64,000 nt of DNA, taken from assembly GCA_023213395.1 (NCBI GenBank), contig CM041465.1, positions 155,131,741 through 155,195,740 on the forward strand, read 5' to 3'. Position numbers and translations under genes: made by a program. The notes below the pieces were generated by a model. The model had not been told where the DNA came from, ran no database searches, and worked only from the letters and a program-made list of their open reading frames with translations. Below are positions 1-13,235 of the stretch, piece by piece (the first letter of the stretch is position 1; each line of letters starts with the position of its first letter). This DNA comes from Cycas panzhihuaensis (lineage: Eukaryota > Plantae > Cycadophyta).

Positions 1-612
1 ACTATGATCATCACCTATAAAATACTTGTAAACTAATCATTAAACAATAAATAACTAATTTTAATTTCATGACTTTCACTTATCATATTTATATGAAGCT
101 TTCTCCTCAATAACTTTATATCTTTATTTATAAAGCCACGATTAATCATCAATACTATGAACCAATCATTTGAATAATCTGATAAATAAAAGTAATTATT
201 AAAGGCTAAATAAAACAACCACCATCTACTAAAATATATTGGTAACCAATTACTATAATCATTAGTTCTTTAAGAAGTTATTTTACATAGGTGGTTTATT
301 AGCAAACAAGAATAATATGATTATCTTACCTCTTGCATACAATAATAACAATACAAGATATGTGCTGTAAAAGAGTATACTCATTCATCTCACCTTTTAT
401 ATATGAGAAAATAACTTGTGTATTATCTTCATCAATGCTTTTACACACTTACAACTTTCTTTGGGTAATTAATAAATAACTCATCATCATTATCCAAACA
501 TATTAACTATAGGAAGAGGTCATACTACCTATCCAAGATAAATTAGTTACAATAAGATAATATAAATAGTGTGTTTCTATGCCTCTTTTCATATACGGAA
601 AATTAGATTTCT

Positions 613-613
613 C

Positions 614-698
<85 letters not shown>

Positions 699-709
699 CA
701 TATATATAC

Positions 710-765
<56 letters not shown>

Positions 766-766
766 G

Positions 767-845
<79 letters not shown>
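613..845. repeat. (TA)n microsatellite with CA/TG interruptions
   Basis: Direct inspection; source of the IYIY ORFs. Confidence 0.98.
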
Positions 846-848
<3 letters not shown>

Positions 849-2325
849 ATTAATTAGATAAGCTCAACAACTAAATTTAGTACCACATAAATAATGTATG
901 AGATTTTTCTCCATGTCTTATAAATAGGTAGAAATTTTACTCAATCATAATATCAACTTTTTAATAAATAAATAACTAGGACCTTTATAAAATATCATGT
1001 AGTATTGTCAATCATTATTTATTTAAACAAGTGTATAATAAACTAGGTAAATATATCATTTGACTAGTGTTGTATATCCACTAAGCAAAATAAGTAAATT
1101 CTAAATGGGATTTTAATATGTTTAATATATGTAAGATACCCACATTAATTTTTACTTCAAATATGCCTACATCATTAATCTTTCTTTAATTTTGAGCCTT
1201 AAAACATTATTAATAAAACTTAATGTCTTTATTTTAAATTAAATTTACTTTTTATTTCGTCAAATTTTATTAACAAGCATTAGCATACAATTGGTAGCTT
1301 AAAAAAACATTGGAAAATACTAAAATAGATGTGAAAATACTTAAAAAAAAAAAAACATCTTTTATCAAGTCAAAGCCACTTTACTAAACTTTACCTATTA
1401 AAATCTCTATCATTTGATCCCTAAATATGTCTTATCGCCATTCATTTTGAGCATATTAAAATTCTGTTTCTAACAAAAATAATGGTTCAAAAAATGGACT
1501 CTTAGATGAAAGGTTATACTAAAAATAACAATAGTATATCCTCATGTATACTTAAGAATTTAATTTTCATCAATTGTAAATTCCAAATTGAGAATTCATA
1601 CTTAGAGCTTAAATCAATACAAGTGCCATGAATTTTTTTCTTCTTAACATTCCTTATTCATGTCCATAATGTAATGCCCATATTTATTTATACCTTTTAA
1701 TAATCGTGATATTAATATTTATCATATAATAATGCTATATGGGTTTATTACCTATTTCACTTATTCTAATGGAGTACTTGTAGTCCTTTTGCTCTTATGA
1801 GATGACTGGTCTTACTTGGGCTATCATATTCTCATAACATCTTAAATAATCTACTATTGCTAATTATGAGATTTGGTGAAGTGTCTAGCCTCACAAAATC
1901 TCAACCACTTCTATAGGTGGATGACTTATATTGGTAATTGTAACTAGTAACAATATTCCTCATCTAATGGACTAACTTCAAACCTAAATGCTTTAAATAT
2001 ATGGATCCAATATGCTTAAATATATGCCTATAATAAATCAATATATTAAGATACCATGAGTTTGTTGTATTTATCACCTATATGTGGTTTCAATCTCTTA
2101 TATGTGGTTTTCATCACTTTTATCTTACCCCAAAATCTTAGTTATATGTTAGTGCCATACTTAATTTTTAACTCATTAAAATCCTCCTTATAATACCTCT
2201 TATATTGACTCATCAACTATCTCGTATATAGGCTTGTAGCCTATTTCCACAAGATCTTTCATAATACAACTATGATACCATGTTAAAATTTAGAATTTAA
2301 CTCTAATACTATATTAGAATATTCT

Positions 2326-5300
2326 TGTTAGAAAATGCAACTGAAGTAAATAAGGTCATCAGGGTCTTTCACATCAGGCAGATAACTAGCAGAAGCAGAT
2401 CACATGGGATACCATATTACCATGGGAAACCCTTATGGGTGAAAACCCACAAATGAATAATAATTCCCATTATGACAAAATGATATATTACAAGGATGGA
2501 CTTTGATCTATATTTATAGATCTAAAGTACCAAATATAACTACAAATACATCCATTAGGTCACCATAATCAAGGATATTCCTCCACATAATTAGGCACAA
2601 AAATAAGAGGCCCACTTTACATTAGGTGATATGGTCACATATTTTAACATCCCCTCTTAATGTAAATGTGGGGCAACAAGGATTATCATTGGGAATAAAT
2701 CCCCTCTCAAGGATAACCTTACCCAACCCAATATGAATGAACATCAATGTAGTGATTTTCACTCGGATGTAATGGTGCCATGCCTCGTATGTGCTCAATT
2801 CTTTGGAAATGATCCAAGAGACCTACAACCATATAACTCTCTCTACACCTGACACTTCATCCATTCAACTTAGATATATGCCTTTGACTAAACCAAGAGG
2901 ATGAGCCACTTAAGCCATGTGAATTGCCTCTTCAAGTCTGCATTAAGGAACACTGATATGATACGATATGATACCTAACTATTTGAAGCTGATGAAGTAA
3001 GGATCAAGCAGACCAATGAATATAGAGACTGGTGCTAAATATCTCATCATACCTTAATCCTTCTTCTTTCTAGAAACCACCTATGCAACAAGCTTACTAA
3101 CTTGTATACTGACTAGGTACTTATTTCAATACAACTCTCCATCGTGAATCTGTACTCACTGGAACATTGGTATCTATCTCAAGCTTTGACTAGCATGTTG
3201 ATCCATGATCTTCCATCATCCTATAGGTCTTCAACTCTTAATAGAACTTGGGGTTGCAATCCATGTCTCATCATCTAACAACTCCTCATCATCAATCTGT
3301 CATTAAATCCTGCTTCTATCTCAAGTATAATGTTAAGCAAACAAACCTGCACAACTGCTGAATAACGACTTAGAAAAGTGAAGTAATGAAGGATAAAACA
3401 TGTAACCAAATGACACTCAGCATGATACATCAACAACTCTATAACATCTAGACTAATCACAATGCATTACCCTTATAGATCAAACTATTTGTAAGCTAAA
3501 CAATTGATAGGCTCCAAACTCTTGCAATCTTGCTACTGCAATCTTTGTCTAAGATGTGTGCACTCCAATGCACCAAGGAAAATAAGTAGAAGGCATATGA
3601 CTTGGTCCAAATACAAAACATGTGAGGGGAAATCATGCCATGAATAGTCACAACAAGGGTACCTATACCTATCTACTACATTTTCTACCATCAAACCATG
3701 GGAGGCAGAACTAAAACATGCACTAACCTCACCATCTGCATCATGATATTCATCTGTAATGTAACCTTATAGGCTAATTGTATATGCCATGACAAAGCAT
3801 AACTGATTTTAAGGCATCTCATCTTAGACCTTTCCATTCACACTTAAAATTTATCAAACACATTGTCTCAATTTTATATCAAACTTATTTAGATATGTAC
3901 CCATGTTGAACTAGCATCAAAACATGACACACACCTCATGCTAACATTCCAAATAGCAAAGTATAATGGTCCAACAACCATTCATACAAGAAAATTCTGA
4001 GCATCATCACCTCATATACATCTAATGTAACAGAACTCAAATGTATACCATGAATAAATCACACTTATTTCACTAAATAATCACATAGATCATGAATTTT
4101 ATGTAATGATTAATGCCACACTCAAACATTAATAGAGTTTGTATTAAGTTGCAATGAAGGTATCTCACTCAAACTTCACCCATTCTTGCCCATCATTTCC
4201 CTCAAACTTGTCCTCAAACACACCCAAGTTTGCCCTTAGTCTCGCCCATAAAACCTGCCCAATTTTTGCCCAATCTTGCCATTAACACACATGCAACAAG
4301 TATCACATCACCATCTCAAAATCTCCCATCTTTACCCTCATACATGCCCTCAATCCTCTCTTATGTATCTCATACGCAAAAGGGTTAGATTGCTTCCAAC
4401 TTCACCTTGTAAGCACACCTTATGTCACCCATTAAACCTCGTTATATAGTCACATGCAACAAGGACTAGTAACCACTTACTTTGCCATTAACACAATCTT
4501 AACAATTCTCTCATACGATCACATGCAAGAGAGTCTCAAACATCACTTAAGATTCATCACTTTGCCATATCATAAAGTTGCCTTATTCACCATATATCGA
4601 CATGAAACCTTATAAAATATATTTAGGCTACTTAAAAATATACATACTCTTATAAAAAATGTCAAAGTATAATTACCAAATGAGATATCAAATGATAACC
4701 AAGTATATTGAGTAACTCTAAATATATCAAGGTATTCATAAAAGTAATACAACTTTATAAATAAGGTGAATTAATAAAAGGCACCTTCAAATATAAAAAT
4801 GATTGATAAAGAATATTGGCGAAAGTTTATGAAGGGCAGATGTTACATCAACGCGCAACTTAATAAAGCATTTATTATTAAATCAAAAGGCAAGAAAATT
4901 TGAATAATGATCAAATCACTTCAACCTTTGCATAAACGATGATGGTAATACATGGTAAACTCAGTGGCTCACAGTCAAATTTATCAGATGGTGGTGTCAA
5001 ATATATATATCGACTGTGATATCAGCCAGGCGATCAACTCATCACATGTACAATGGCGAAGACAAAATGGGTGACAAAAAAATATAGGCGACAATGATGG
5101 CGGCTGTAACATCAACTCACTGCCATTAGTGATGCAATGTTAATACAACTATGGCAATGAACAAAATATCAAAGATATTCATATATCACACATAGGGTAA
5201 AAAACACTTAAGGCAAACTACTTATCCATCAAGTAGTGAACACAATTTTATCATGGGCGAACACAATAATATAAATAATTATTTTGAATGGATGACCAAC

Positions 5301-6597
5301 AGCTGCAAATTCATATGACTGAGATTATATTCATGCAGAATGCATATAGATCTATGCAAACAAGTGATAATATAATCATGCTTAGCTACTAATACACAAA
5401 TGCAGGGGTGACCTTATATGAACACACTCATCATGCAATGAATAGATGTAACTGGAAATTAGATAATCAGACACCCAGCGAGTAAATAAAGTAGCTGAGC
5501 AACAAAATCTCAAGGGCATCAATATCATAACAACATGTGAGGGCAGCTCAAATACATTAGCAATCAATGTATTTATTAATGGGCAAACAAAATATTCATT
5601 TTGGGTAATAAACTGACATAACATATAATAATTTCATCCAGAATATATCCATAATCACAAACACTAGATAAAATTTTAGTGGACAAACATGGTGATCAAT
5701 ATTAGTAGAAACAAATCATATGTAGACTACAATCAATCATATGCGGGGTTAACATATCACCATGTTTAATCAAGCGGCAACATATATATCATACATACTT
5801 AATAGTGTATATATAAGAGTATGAAAAAACCCTAAAATACCAAATGAGTGAATATTTAATGAGTATACCTTTGTTTTGATGTCGTATAATATTATTTTAT
5901 GGCTCTACAACATCCTTGTTAGGGTTCCTGCACTCTCCCACCAGTAACAGAGGGTTGGCAATCAACTCTACAACATGCAAACTCAGTGGCAATGTCAAAC
6001 AAGAATCTGACACCTTCAACAGGCTCAAACGACACTCACATGGATGGCAATGGAGTCAATGCTCATCCACACACCTCCATGTAGTTCAAAGTACCTGAAA
6101 ATAATGGATAAAAGGCTCCCAGGATCCTAATGATCATCTACATTACTATGGCTATTTTGCATGGTCATCAAGCATACCAATCTGCTAAGGGCAAGCCAGC
6201 ATGACCTGACACCATCGATTGGACCACCGACAATGTTCATCTACTTGTGCATGACCTACATGCTTTAATACCATGTTAAAAAACATAACTGAAGCAAATA
6301 AGATCGATAAGATCTTTCATATGAGGCAGATAATAAGCAGAAGTAGATCACGCAGGACACCATATTGCTGTGGGAAACCCTTACTGGTGAAAACCCATAA
6401 ATGAATAATAATTCACATTATGAAAAAATGATATATTACAAGGATGGACTTTGATCTATACTTATAGATCTAAAGTACCAAATATAACTACAAATACATC
6501 CATTAGGTCACCATAATTGAGGATATTCCTCCACATAATTAGGCATAAAAATAGGAGACCCACTTTACAATAGGTGGTATGGTCACATATTTTAATA
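2326..6597 (-). mobile_element. Deleted non-autonomous Copia derivative K1 (~4.27 kb)
   Basis: LTRs 2326-2649 and 6274-6597 (324 bp, TGTTA...TAACA/TAATA). PPT complement tcccctctt at 2650. PBS complement ctttaatacca 6263-6273. TSD ATTCT (2321-2325) / GTTCT (6598-6602). Decayed RT/RNase H traces ~2750-4130; no gag or integrase recognised. Confidence 0.9.
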
Positions 6598-7469
6598 GTT
6601 CTAATTATGAATAATATAAGTATATCAAAGAAGTATAATGAATTGATCATATCATGAGAAATATGCATAAATCATGTATGTAATATTAATATATCAAGTA
6701 ATAACCTGAAATATAAAGTATAAACATGAGAAGCATACACTATAAGAGAGATAATAATGTGAAAAAGACTATGGGGAAAGGTTGGAGTTCAGAGCTACTC
6801 TTTATGATATCAAATGATTATATCTCTAAGTAAATCTTCCTTTCTTAATCCTTTATCAAGTTTCTAAGTGGTATATATATATATTTATAGATGCGTCACC
6901 TTATGAATACCCTATTATATCTCTTGAGCCTTATCATCATCTAATAGGATGTTTACATAAAAAATCATATATATTATGTCTATTAATACTTTTGGTGAGT
7001 AAGATTTTGATAAGTCCATAATAATATATTAAATATTAAATATATAAAAATATCACATATTCCTATTAGGAAACACCTATGTAAGCAAGTCGATAGAATC
7101 TTTCACACAAAGTAGATTTAAGTAGAAACAAATACATGAAACACCAAAATTATCACGGGAAACCCTTACAGGTAAAAAGCCACCAAAATAATATTATATT
7201 CATATTTTGACAAAACTAGTATTGTACATTATAGATAGACTTTGATATAAATTTATATATCTCAAGTTCCATAATATAATTACATTATTAAATATATCAA
7301 CTCACCAATATCATGAATATTTTACTTATAATTATGTACATAATTAGGCCCACTTTACATTAGTCAATAATGCATATAATATTCTAACATTCCCTCTTAA
7401 TATAAATGTGGGGTATCAAGGTTTATCCTTGGCAATATATTCCCTCTAAAGGATAACCTTACCCAATAT

Positions 7470-9360
7470 GCACGAACATCAATGTAGCATCTTTAGTTAG
7501 AGCTTGGTGAACACATCCACAAGTTAATCTCCACTTGGACAAACTTTAACCTATATCTTCCCTAATTTGATATGTCATTGGATGTATTGGTTGTATACCT
7601 TATATGTGCTTAATTTTTTGGATGTGACTCTAATAGTCCATACAACTATAGAACTCTCTTTACACCTAATACTTTGTCCATAAAACTTAGGCATATTCCT
7701 TTTACTAAACCAAGAGGTTGATCCACTTGAGCCATGTGAATCTCCTCTTCAAGTCTTCATTAAAGAACACTATCATCTCATTCATTTGATATAATGCCCA
7801 ACTATCTGAAGTTACTAAAGTAAAGATCAAATGGATCAATAAATATAGAGACTACTGTAAATATCTCCTCATACCTAAATCCTTCTTTTACATGAAATCT
7901 CCTGCATAACAAGTCTTACCAACTTATAAACCAACTAGATTCTTTTGTTAGAGATAAGAGACTCAAATCCCAAATAACACCCATCTAATACAACTTTCCA
8001 TTATGAATCTACACTTATCGAAACATTGGTATCTATCATAAGCTTTGACTAGCATGCTAATCCTTGATCTTCAATCATCCTATATGTCTTTAACCATTAA
8101 TGGAACATGGGGTTACAATCCATGTCTCTTCATCTAACAACTCCTCCTCATCAATCTTTCACTAGGTCCTGCTTCTGAACAAACATAATGTTAGGCAAAT
8201 AAACCTCTACAATTATTTAATAATAGCTCAAAAAAGTGAAGAACTAAGGGATAAACCTGTAATTAGATGGCACTCAACATGATATATCATAAACTTATTA
8301 ATTGATATCTGCACTAATCATAATGCTTCCCCTTTACATATCACACTACTTGTAAGATAAATAATCCCATAGGCTTCAAACTCTTACAATCCTATTGCTA
8401 TGATGTTCATCTAAGATGTGTGCACTCTAATGCACCTCAAGAATCAAATGGCAAGCTTTTGACTAGTCCAACATATAGAACAAGGGGAATATGTGGCATG
8501 AACAACTTTAATAAGGTGCTTAATACCTGTCTGCTATAGCTCTACCATAAATCTATAGGAGGTAAAACATACGATGCACCAAACCTTCTCATCTATATCA
8601 TGGTACTTGTAACTTAATCTAAGAGGGATACACAAGACAACTAACTCTTATTTTATACCATGATAAAGGCATAACTAATTTTTAAGGCATCTTGTCATAG
8701 ACTTTTGCATTCACACTTTGAATTCATCAAACACTCTATCTGAGTTCTACATTAGACTTGTTCATATATGCATACATACTAAATCAACATCAAATCAAGC
8801 CATAAATCCTTAAGCTATCATTAATCCAACTAGCAAGGTATAATAATCTATTATAACTGATAATTATCACAGGTTGCCATTACTCCAAAAGCCCTAGGGT
8901 GATTTAGGAAGAGGACTTCCTGATGATAGTTGGCGTCACGTGCTCCAACACTCCCCCGTCACAAGGAGTCAGCTGTACCTATATAGCATTGCATGTCCAC
9001 CACGACGTTCCTCGGTGCCACCCAGTAAACACCTTCACGTATCTCTAGGTATGCTACCATAGTACACAGGACCAGTTTTGAACCTTAGTCACTCTGATAC
9101 CACTTGTCATAGGTTGCCATTACTCCAAAAGCCCCGGGGTGATTTGGGAAGAGGACTTCCTTATGATAATTAGCATCATGCACTCCAACAATAACCACTC
9201 ATATAAACAACAAATTCTAAACCTCTTTATCACCTCATACATATCTGATGTGATAGAACTCAAATATACATCATGAATAAAACACACCATTTCATTGAAT
9301 AAATCACATATATATGAACTTTGTGTAACAATTTATGTCATACTAAAATAGTAATAAAGC
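7470..9360 (-). pseudogene. Copia RT-RNase H remnant in K2
   Basis: Minus-strand translation ~7490-7620 gives ..VYNQYIQ*HIKLGKI*VKVCPSGD*LVDVFTK, matching the Copia RNase H end (H.EI.YHFIR..V..G.I.V..V.S.DQLADIFTK). SDSWA near 7795-7810 resembles SDSDWAG. Many stops. Confidence 0.7.
8865..9190 (-). mobile_element. TRIM (terminal-repeat retrotransposon in miniature), 326 bp, nested in K2
   Basis: 86-bp LTRs 8865-8950 and 9105-9190 (12 mismatches, mostly transitions). PPT complement ctccccc at 8951. PBS complement ctctgatacca 9092-9102. TSD ATAAT/ATAAC. The homologous site in K1 (~3970) is empty. Confidence 0.95.
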
Positions 9361-10536
9361 TTGCTTGATTTTATAGCTAAGTTATCTCATTCAACTTGTC
9401 CTTCTTGCCCTCTCAAGCCTTATCTCACCCATCAACCCTCTCTCATATAAATCATATTCAGAGAGGTAGCTTGTTGCCTCATCTTACCCATTCTCACCTA
9501 ATTAACTTGCCATGTAACTCACACACAATAAGTATACCTTTGCCTCATATTGCTATCTTCACCCATAATGAAGCATGCTTAATACACTCTCTTCTCCTCA
9601 AATCACCAACCAATATATCACCAATTAAGAGGGCCAAAACACTTATATCAATATGACTCAATGTCACCTCGCATCACCTTATATATGCCAAACACCACTA
9701 ATTAAGAGAGTTCTTTATCCTAGATTGCCATCATATCATTAACACAAGATTCCCATAACATGACACATAATACAATATATATGCCCACTTGTAGTAAATA
9801 CTATATCAAGCTTAATGATCTAAAGATAACTTTAACATGGTGAAAGGGTAAATAACAAATTGTATGTGATTATTAATGGGCAATTCTTTAATGTATCAGA
9901 GGTCACATAATATATATACTATGCCCTTACTTAATACATCAAAAAATGTCTTTGTATTAAGTCAATATGACTTAATACACTTTATTTAGGTGACTTTATG
10001 GAATAATGGATTTAATATATCAAATAACATTGACAAAATATATCAATGTAAATAATTTAAAAATATATCATAAATGATATACAATCAATATGTTGATATA
10101 TTAGGTAGTGTGATCTATTAATACTCCATAGGCGACTGCATCAAATAAATATACAATGGCACGACCTTTATATAAATAAAAAATAATTTATATAAATCAA
10201 AATGTGATTGTGAAAATCAAATAGATGATAGACTTTAGAGGACAACTTCAAATATGTAACTCATTACACAGGCATCAATATAACTTATGTGGCTTAATAT
10301 ATCACACACATAGATATTATAAGGGTGACATAATAAATATTTGGCTGTAATTGAATCAAATATAGTGACATATCATTACAATCCACTATATTATTATCAC
10401 AACTAAAAATATTAATCATATTAATCATAGAGAGTGTAAAATATAATAATGGGTGGCTAAAATAATATTAAACCTGTGATTAAATATAATCACATAGGTA
10501 TATCAGATATAGGCAAATGAATAATTCAATACACAA

Positions 10537-10567
10537 CTCTCTCTCTCTCTCTCACTCACTCACTCAC

Positions 10568-10637
<70 letters not shown>
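10537..10637. repeat. Compound microsatellite (TC)n(TCAC)n(TC)n(TA)n
   Basis: Direct inspection. Confidence 0.95.
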
Positions 10638-10640
<3 letters not shown>

Positions 10641-11555
10641 CTATGATTAAATCTAGGCAATGCAAATGTATATAATTGAATCCTAAATATCAAGCAAGTG
10701 ATCAAATAATAAGCATACCTTTATATTACCATTTTTTTCATCTCACAGCTCTACAATAGCCTCACTGAGACTCTATACTCTCCCACTCATCAACAAAGGG
10801 TTGGCAATCATCTGTAATAAGGTATACAACATCTCTCCACATATGGGTGGCCTCAAACACATCTTAATTACTGAACAAATGTCAAAATCATCTCCACATA
10901 ATCCTAGGGCTTTGCAAACTTAGTGGCACCATCAAACAAGAATTTGACACCTTTAACAGGCTCAAAATAAGATCCTATGGCTAGCAATAGAGTAACTAGG
11001 GATATAGATCACCTTCTACTTGTCCACACACATCAGTAGGGCATTGAAATCCTATAAAATAGAGACACAAGGCTTCTAAGATCCTCTAATAATCATCTAC
11101 ACCTCTATGGTAATTTTGTAGGGTTGTAAGACATGTTAATCCACTCAAGGTAAGCTAGCATAACCTAGCACCAATGATTAGACAATCTAGACAATAATTC
11201 TCCATTTGTGTATATCCTCTAACACTTTTATACCATGTTAGGAAACACCTGCATCGGTAGGTTGGTAAAATCTTTTACACGAAGTAGATCTAAGAAGAAA
11301 CAAACATATGAAACATTAGAATTATCATGGGACATCCTTATAGATAAAAGCCCACTAAAATAATATTATATTCACATTTTGATAAAACTAGCATTATATA
11401 TTATAGATTAACTTAGATCTATACTTAGATCTCAAGTACCATAATATAATTACATTATTACATTTGTCACTCTCTAATATTGAGAATATTTTGCTCATAA
11501 TTAGGCCCACTTTACATTGATTGGAAATGCAAATAATATTCCAATAATTCTAATA

Positions 11556-13235
11556 TGACAAGCCTTATAACTTCTTATTTTTTGTGGTGTGTGTCCTTAA
11601 AATACTATAGGCTAGAGGAAACCAACCCTTCTAATTTTGTGAGTTATCACTTTTATTAAGAAGTGACCTCCATAAATTCTATAATGGAACTCCTCCATCA
11701 CTCTTCATATTTCATTCAAAATTAGACACTTCAAAAGCACCCCATTACAGTTTCGTTTATGTAGTTCTCCTTAAATAAGCATATAAGGAGATACTATCAC
11801 TTTAAATTATCTTTATCCCTTTTTATCTAGATGGTTAGGGCACTTTGCATTTTCTAAGTAATACATAATATATCTTAAGAAAGAGTAGAACTCAAGGTTT
11901 ATTTTTTTACTTATTGTATTTACTAAATTTACCTCAATTTTCTCTTATTCATGCTCAACTTCTATCAATTTTTATAATTTAGACTAATAAATCAACTTCT
12001 ATAAACTTTAACCCTTGACTATTTTATAGGCTTGATTTCAAGATCAAACTCTTAAATCTTTATTAGTCATTTTGCCCATCTCCCTAAAAGGCTTGTCTCC
12101 ATAAGCAAAGTCTTGATTAAAGCCATTAGGATATGTACTAATGTGTGGTTATGTATAATGCAGTATCTAAAATCTTCAATGGCTTTTACTAAAGTATAAT
12201 CTTACTTCTCTATCTTAATGTACTTGAGCTGATATTCTTTTAAAATTTTGCTCCAGAAATCCATAAGCCTCTGTTTCTTTTCTAGATCTTCTTAGAGAAA
12301 CATCATTGTATTGGACCCTTCTAATGCATATGTATAAATGATGAACTATCAAAAATTAGGAACTATAAGTATTAAGGCCCAAATTATGGTTTGCTTGATC
12401 TCTTTAAATGCTTCATGAACTAAGTGATCTAACTTAAAAGGTATATTCTTCTTTAATAACTTATTAATGGGTAAAATGACTCCTACAAAGCTTGGTATAA
12501 ATCTTTTAAGAAAATTAATTTTACCAAAGAAGGATAGAATTGATTTTTAGTTGATAGGTAATGGTAATTTCTTAATTTCTCTTACTCTCTCAAGATCAAT
12601 ATAGGTACCATTTTGGGTAATAACATGGCCTAATAATTTACCTTTTGTGACTCTAAAGATATCCTTCTTTGGATTAAGGTAAATACCAAACTATTTACAC
12701 CTTTTAAAGACCTTCTCTAAGTGCTTGATGTGATCTGGTCTATTCTTGGAAAACACTATTATGTCATTTAGATAGATTATAATGACCACAAAGTGTAAGC
12801 CTTTAAAATCCTAATTTATAGCTCTTCAGAATATTACTCCTGTATTAGTTAGCCCAAAGGGCATCTTCTTATATACAAATGTTTGCCATAAGGTAGTAAA
12901 AGAAGTATCATGTTGATCTTTCTTATTTGGTTATATCTGGTTAAAACTAGAGAAATTATCTACGAAGAACATCATTTTTGACCCTATTATTATTTGTAAT
13001 AATTATTCCATTTAAGGTAATAGATAATTATTTCTTAGTGAATACTTGTTAAGATTTTGAAAATACATACAAAGTCTAATTTCTCCATTCTTTTGTCTAA
13101 CTAAAACTAAATTAGCTACCTATTATGAGAAGTAGATAGGGTAGATAATATTTGTATCCTTTAATTTCTTAATTTCCTTCTATAATAGATGCCTAATTTT
13201 TAGATTTATAGGCCTCTACTTTTATTTAAAAGTTT
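11556..13235 (-). pseudogene. Tat-type Ty3/Gypsy pol remnant (RT-RNase H-integrase zinc finger)
   Basis: Minus strand: FTTLWQTFVYKKMPFGLTN (~12845-12900), IIIYLND (YxDD, ~12760-12785), SILSFFGKINFLKRFIPSF (~12485-12545), integrase H-H motif VMEEFHYRIYGGHF (~11660-11700). Truncated at both ends by other insertions. Confidence 0.9.

Larger units (their letters stand above)
7064..11546 (-). mobile_element. Deleted non-autonomous Copia derivative K2 (~4.48 kb), relative of K1
   Basis: LTRs 7064-7389 and 11236-11546. PPT complement ttccctctt at 7390. PBS complement ending tacca at 11235. TSD ATTCC (7059-7063) / ATTCT (11547-11551). Internal region collinear with K1. Confidence 0.9.
1..11555 (-). 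mobile_element. Old Copia-like LTR retrotransposon (5' part; left end outside window); its 5' LTR is split by two nested insertions
   Basis: PBS complement ctatgatacca (2270-2280, tRNA-Met(i) type) abuts TGTTAAAA at 2281. Removing the two nested elements restores a ~510-bp LTR (2281-2325 + 6603-7063 + 11552-11555) ending CATATTC(C/T)AATA. The internal region 1-2270 is badly decayed and shows only faint gag-like traces. Confidence 0.6.

Noticed and set aside
503-857. IYIY-repeat ORFs (also 15241-16000)
   Set aside because: Translations of (TA)n microsatellites, not genes.
1670-1952. Possible solo LTR (TGTAATG...GTAACA)
   Set aside because: Flanks CATAA/ATATT give no TSD and there is no second copy.
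8865-9190. Cassandra (5S rRNA-bearing TRIM)
   Set aside because: The LTRs are only 86 bp with no recognisable 5S box A/C.
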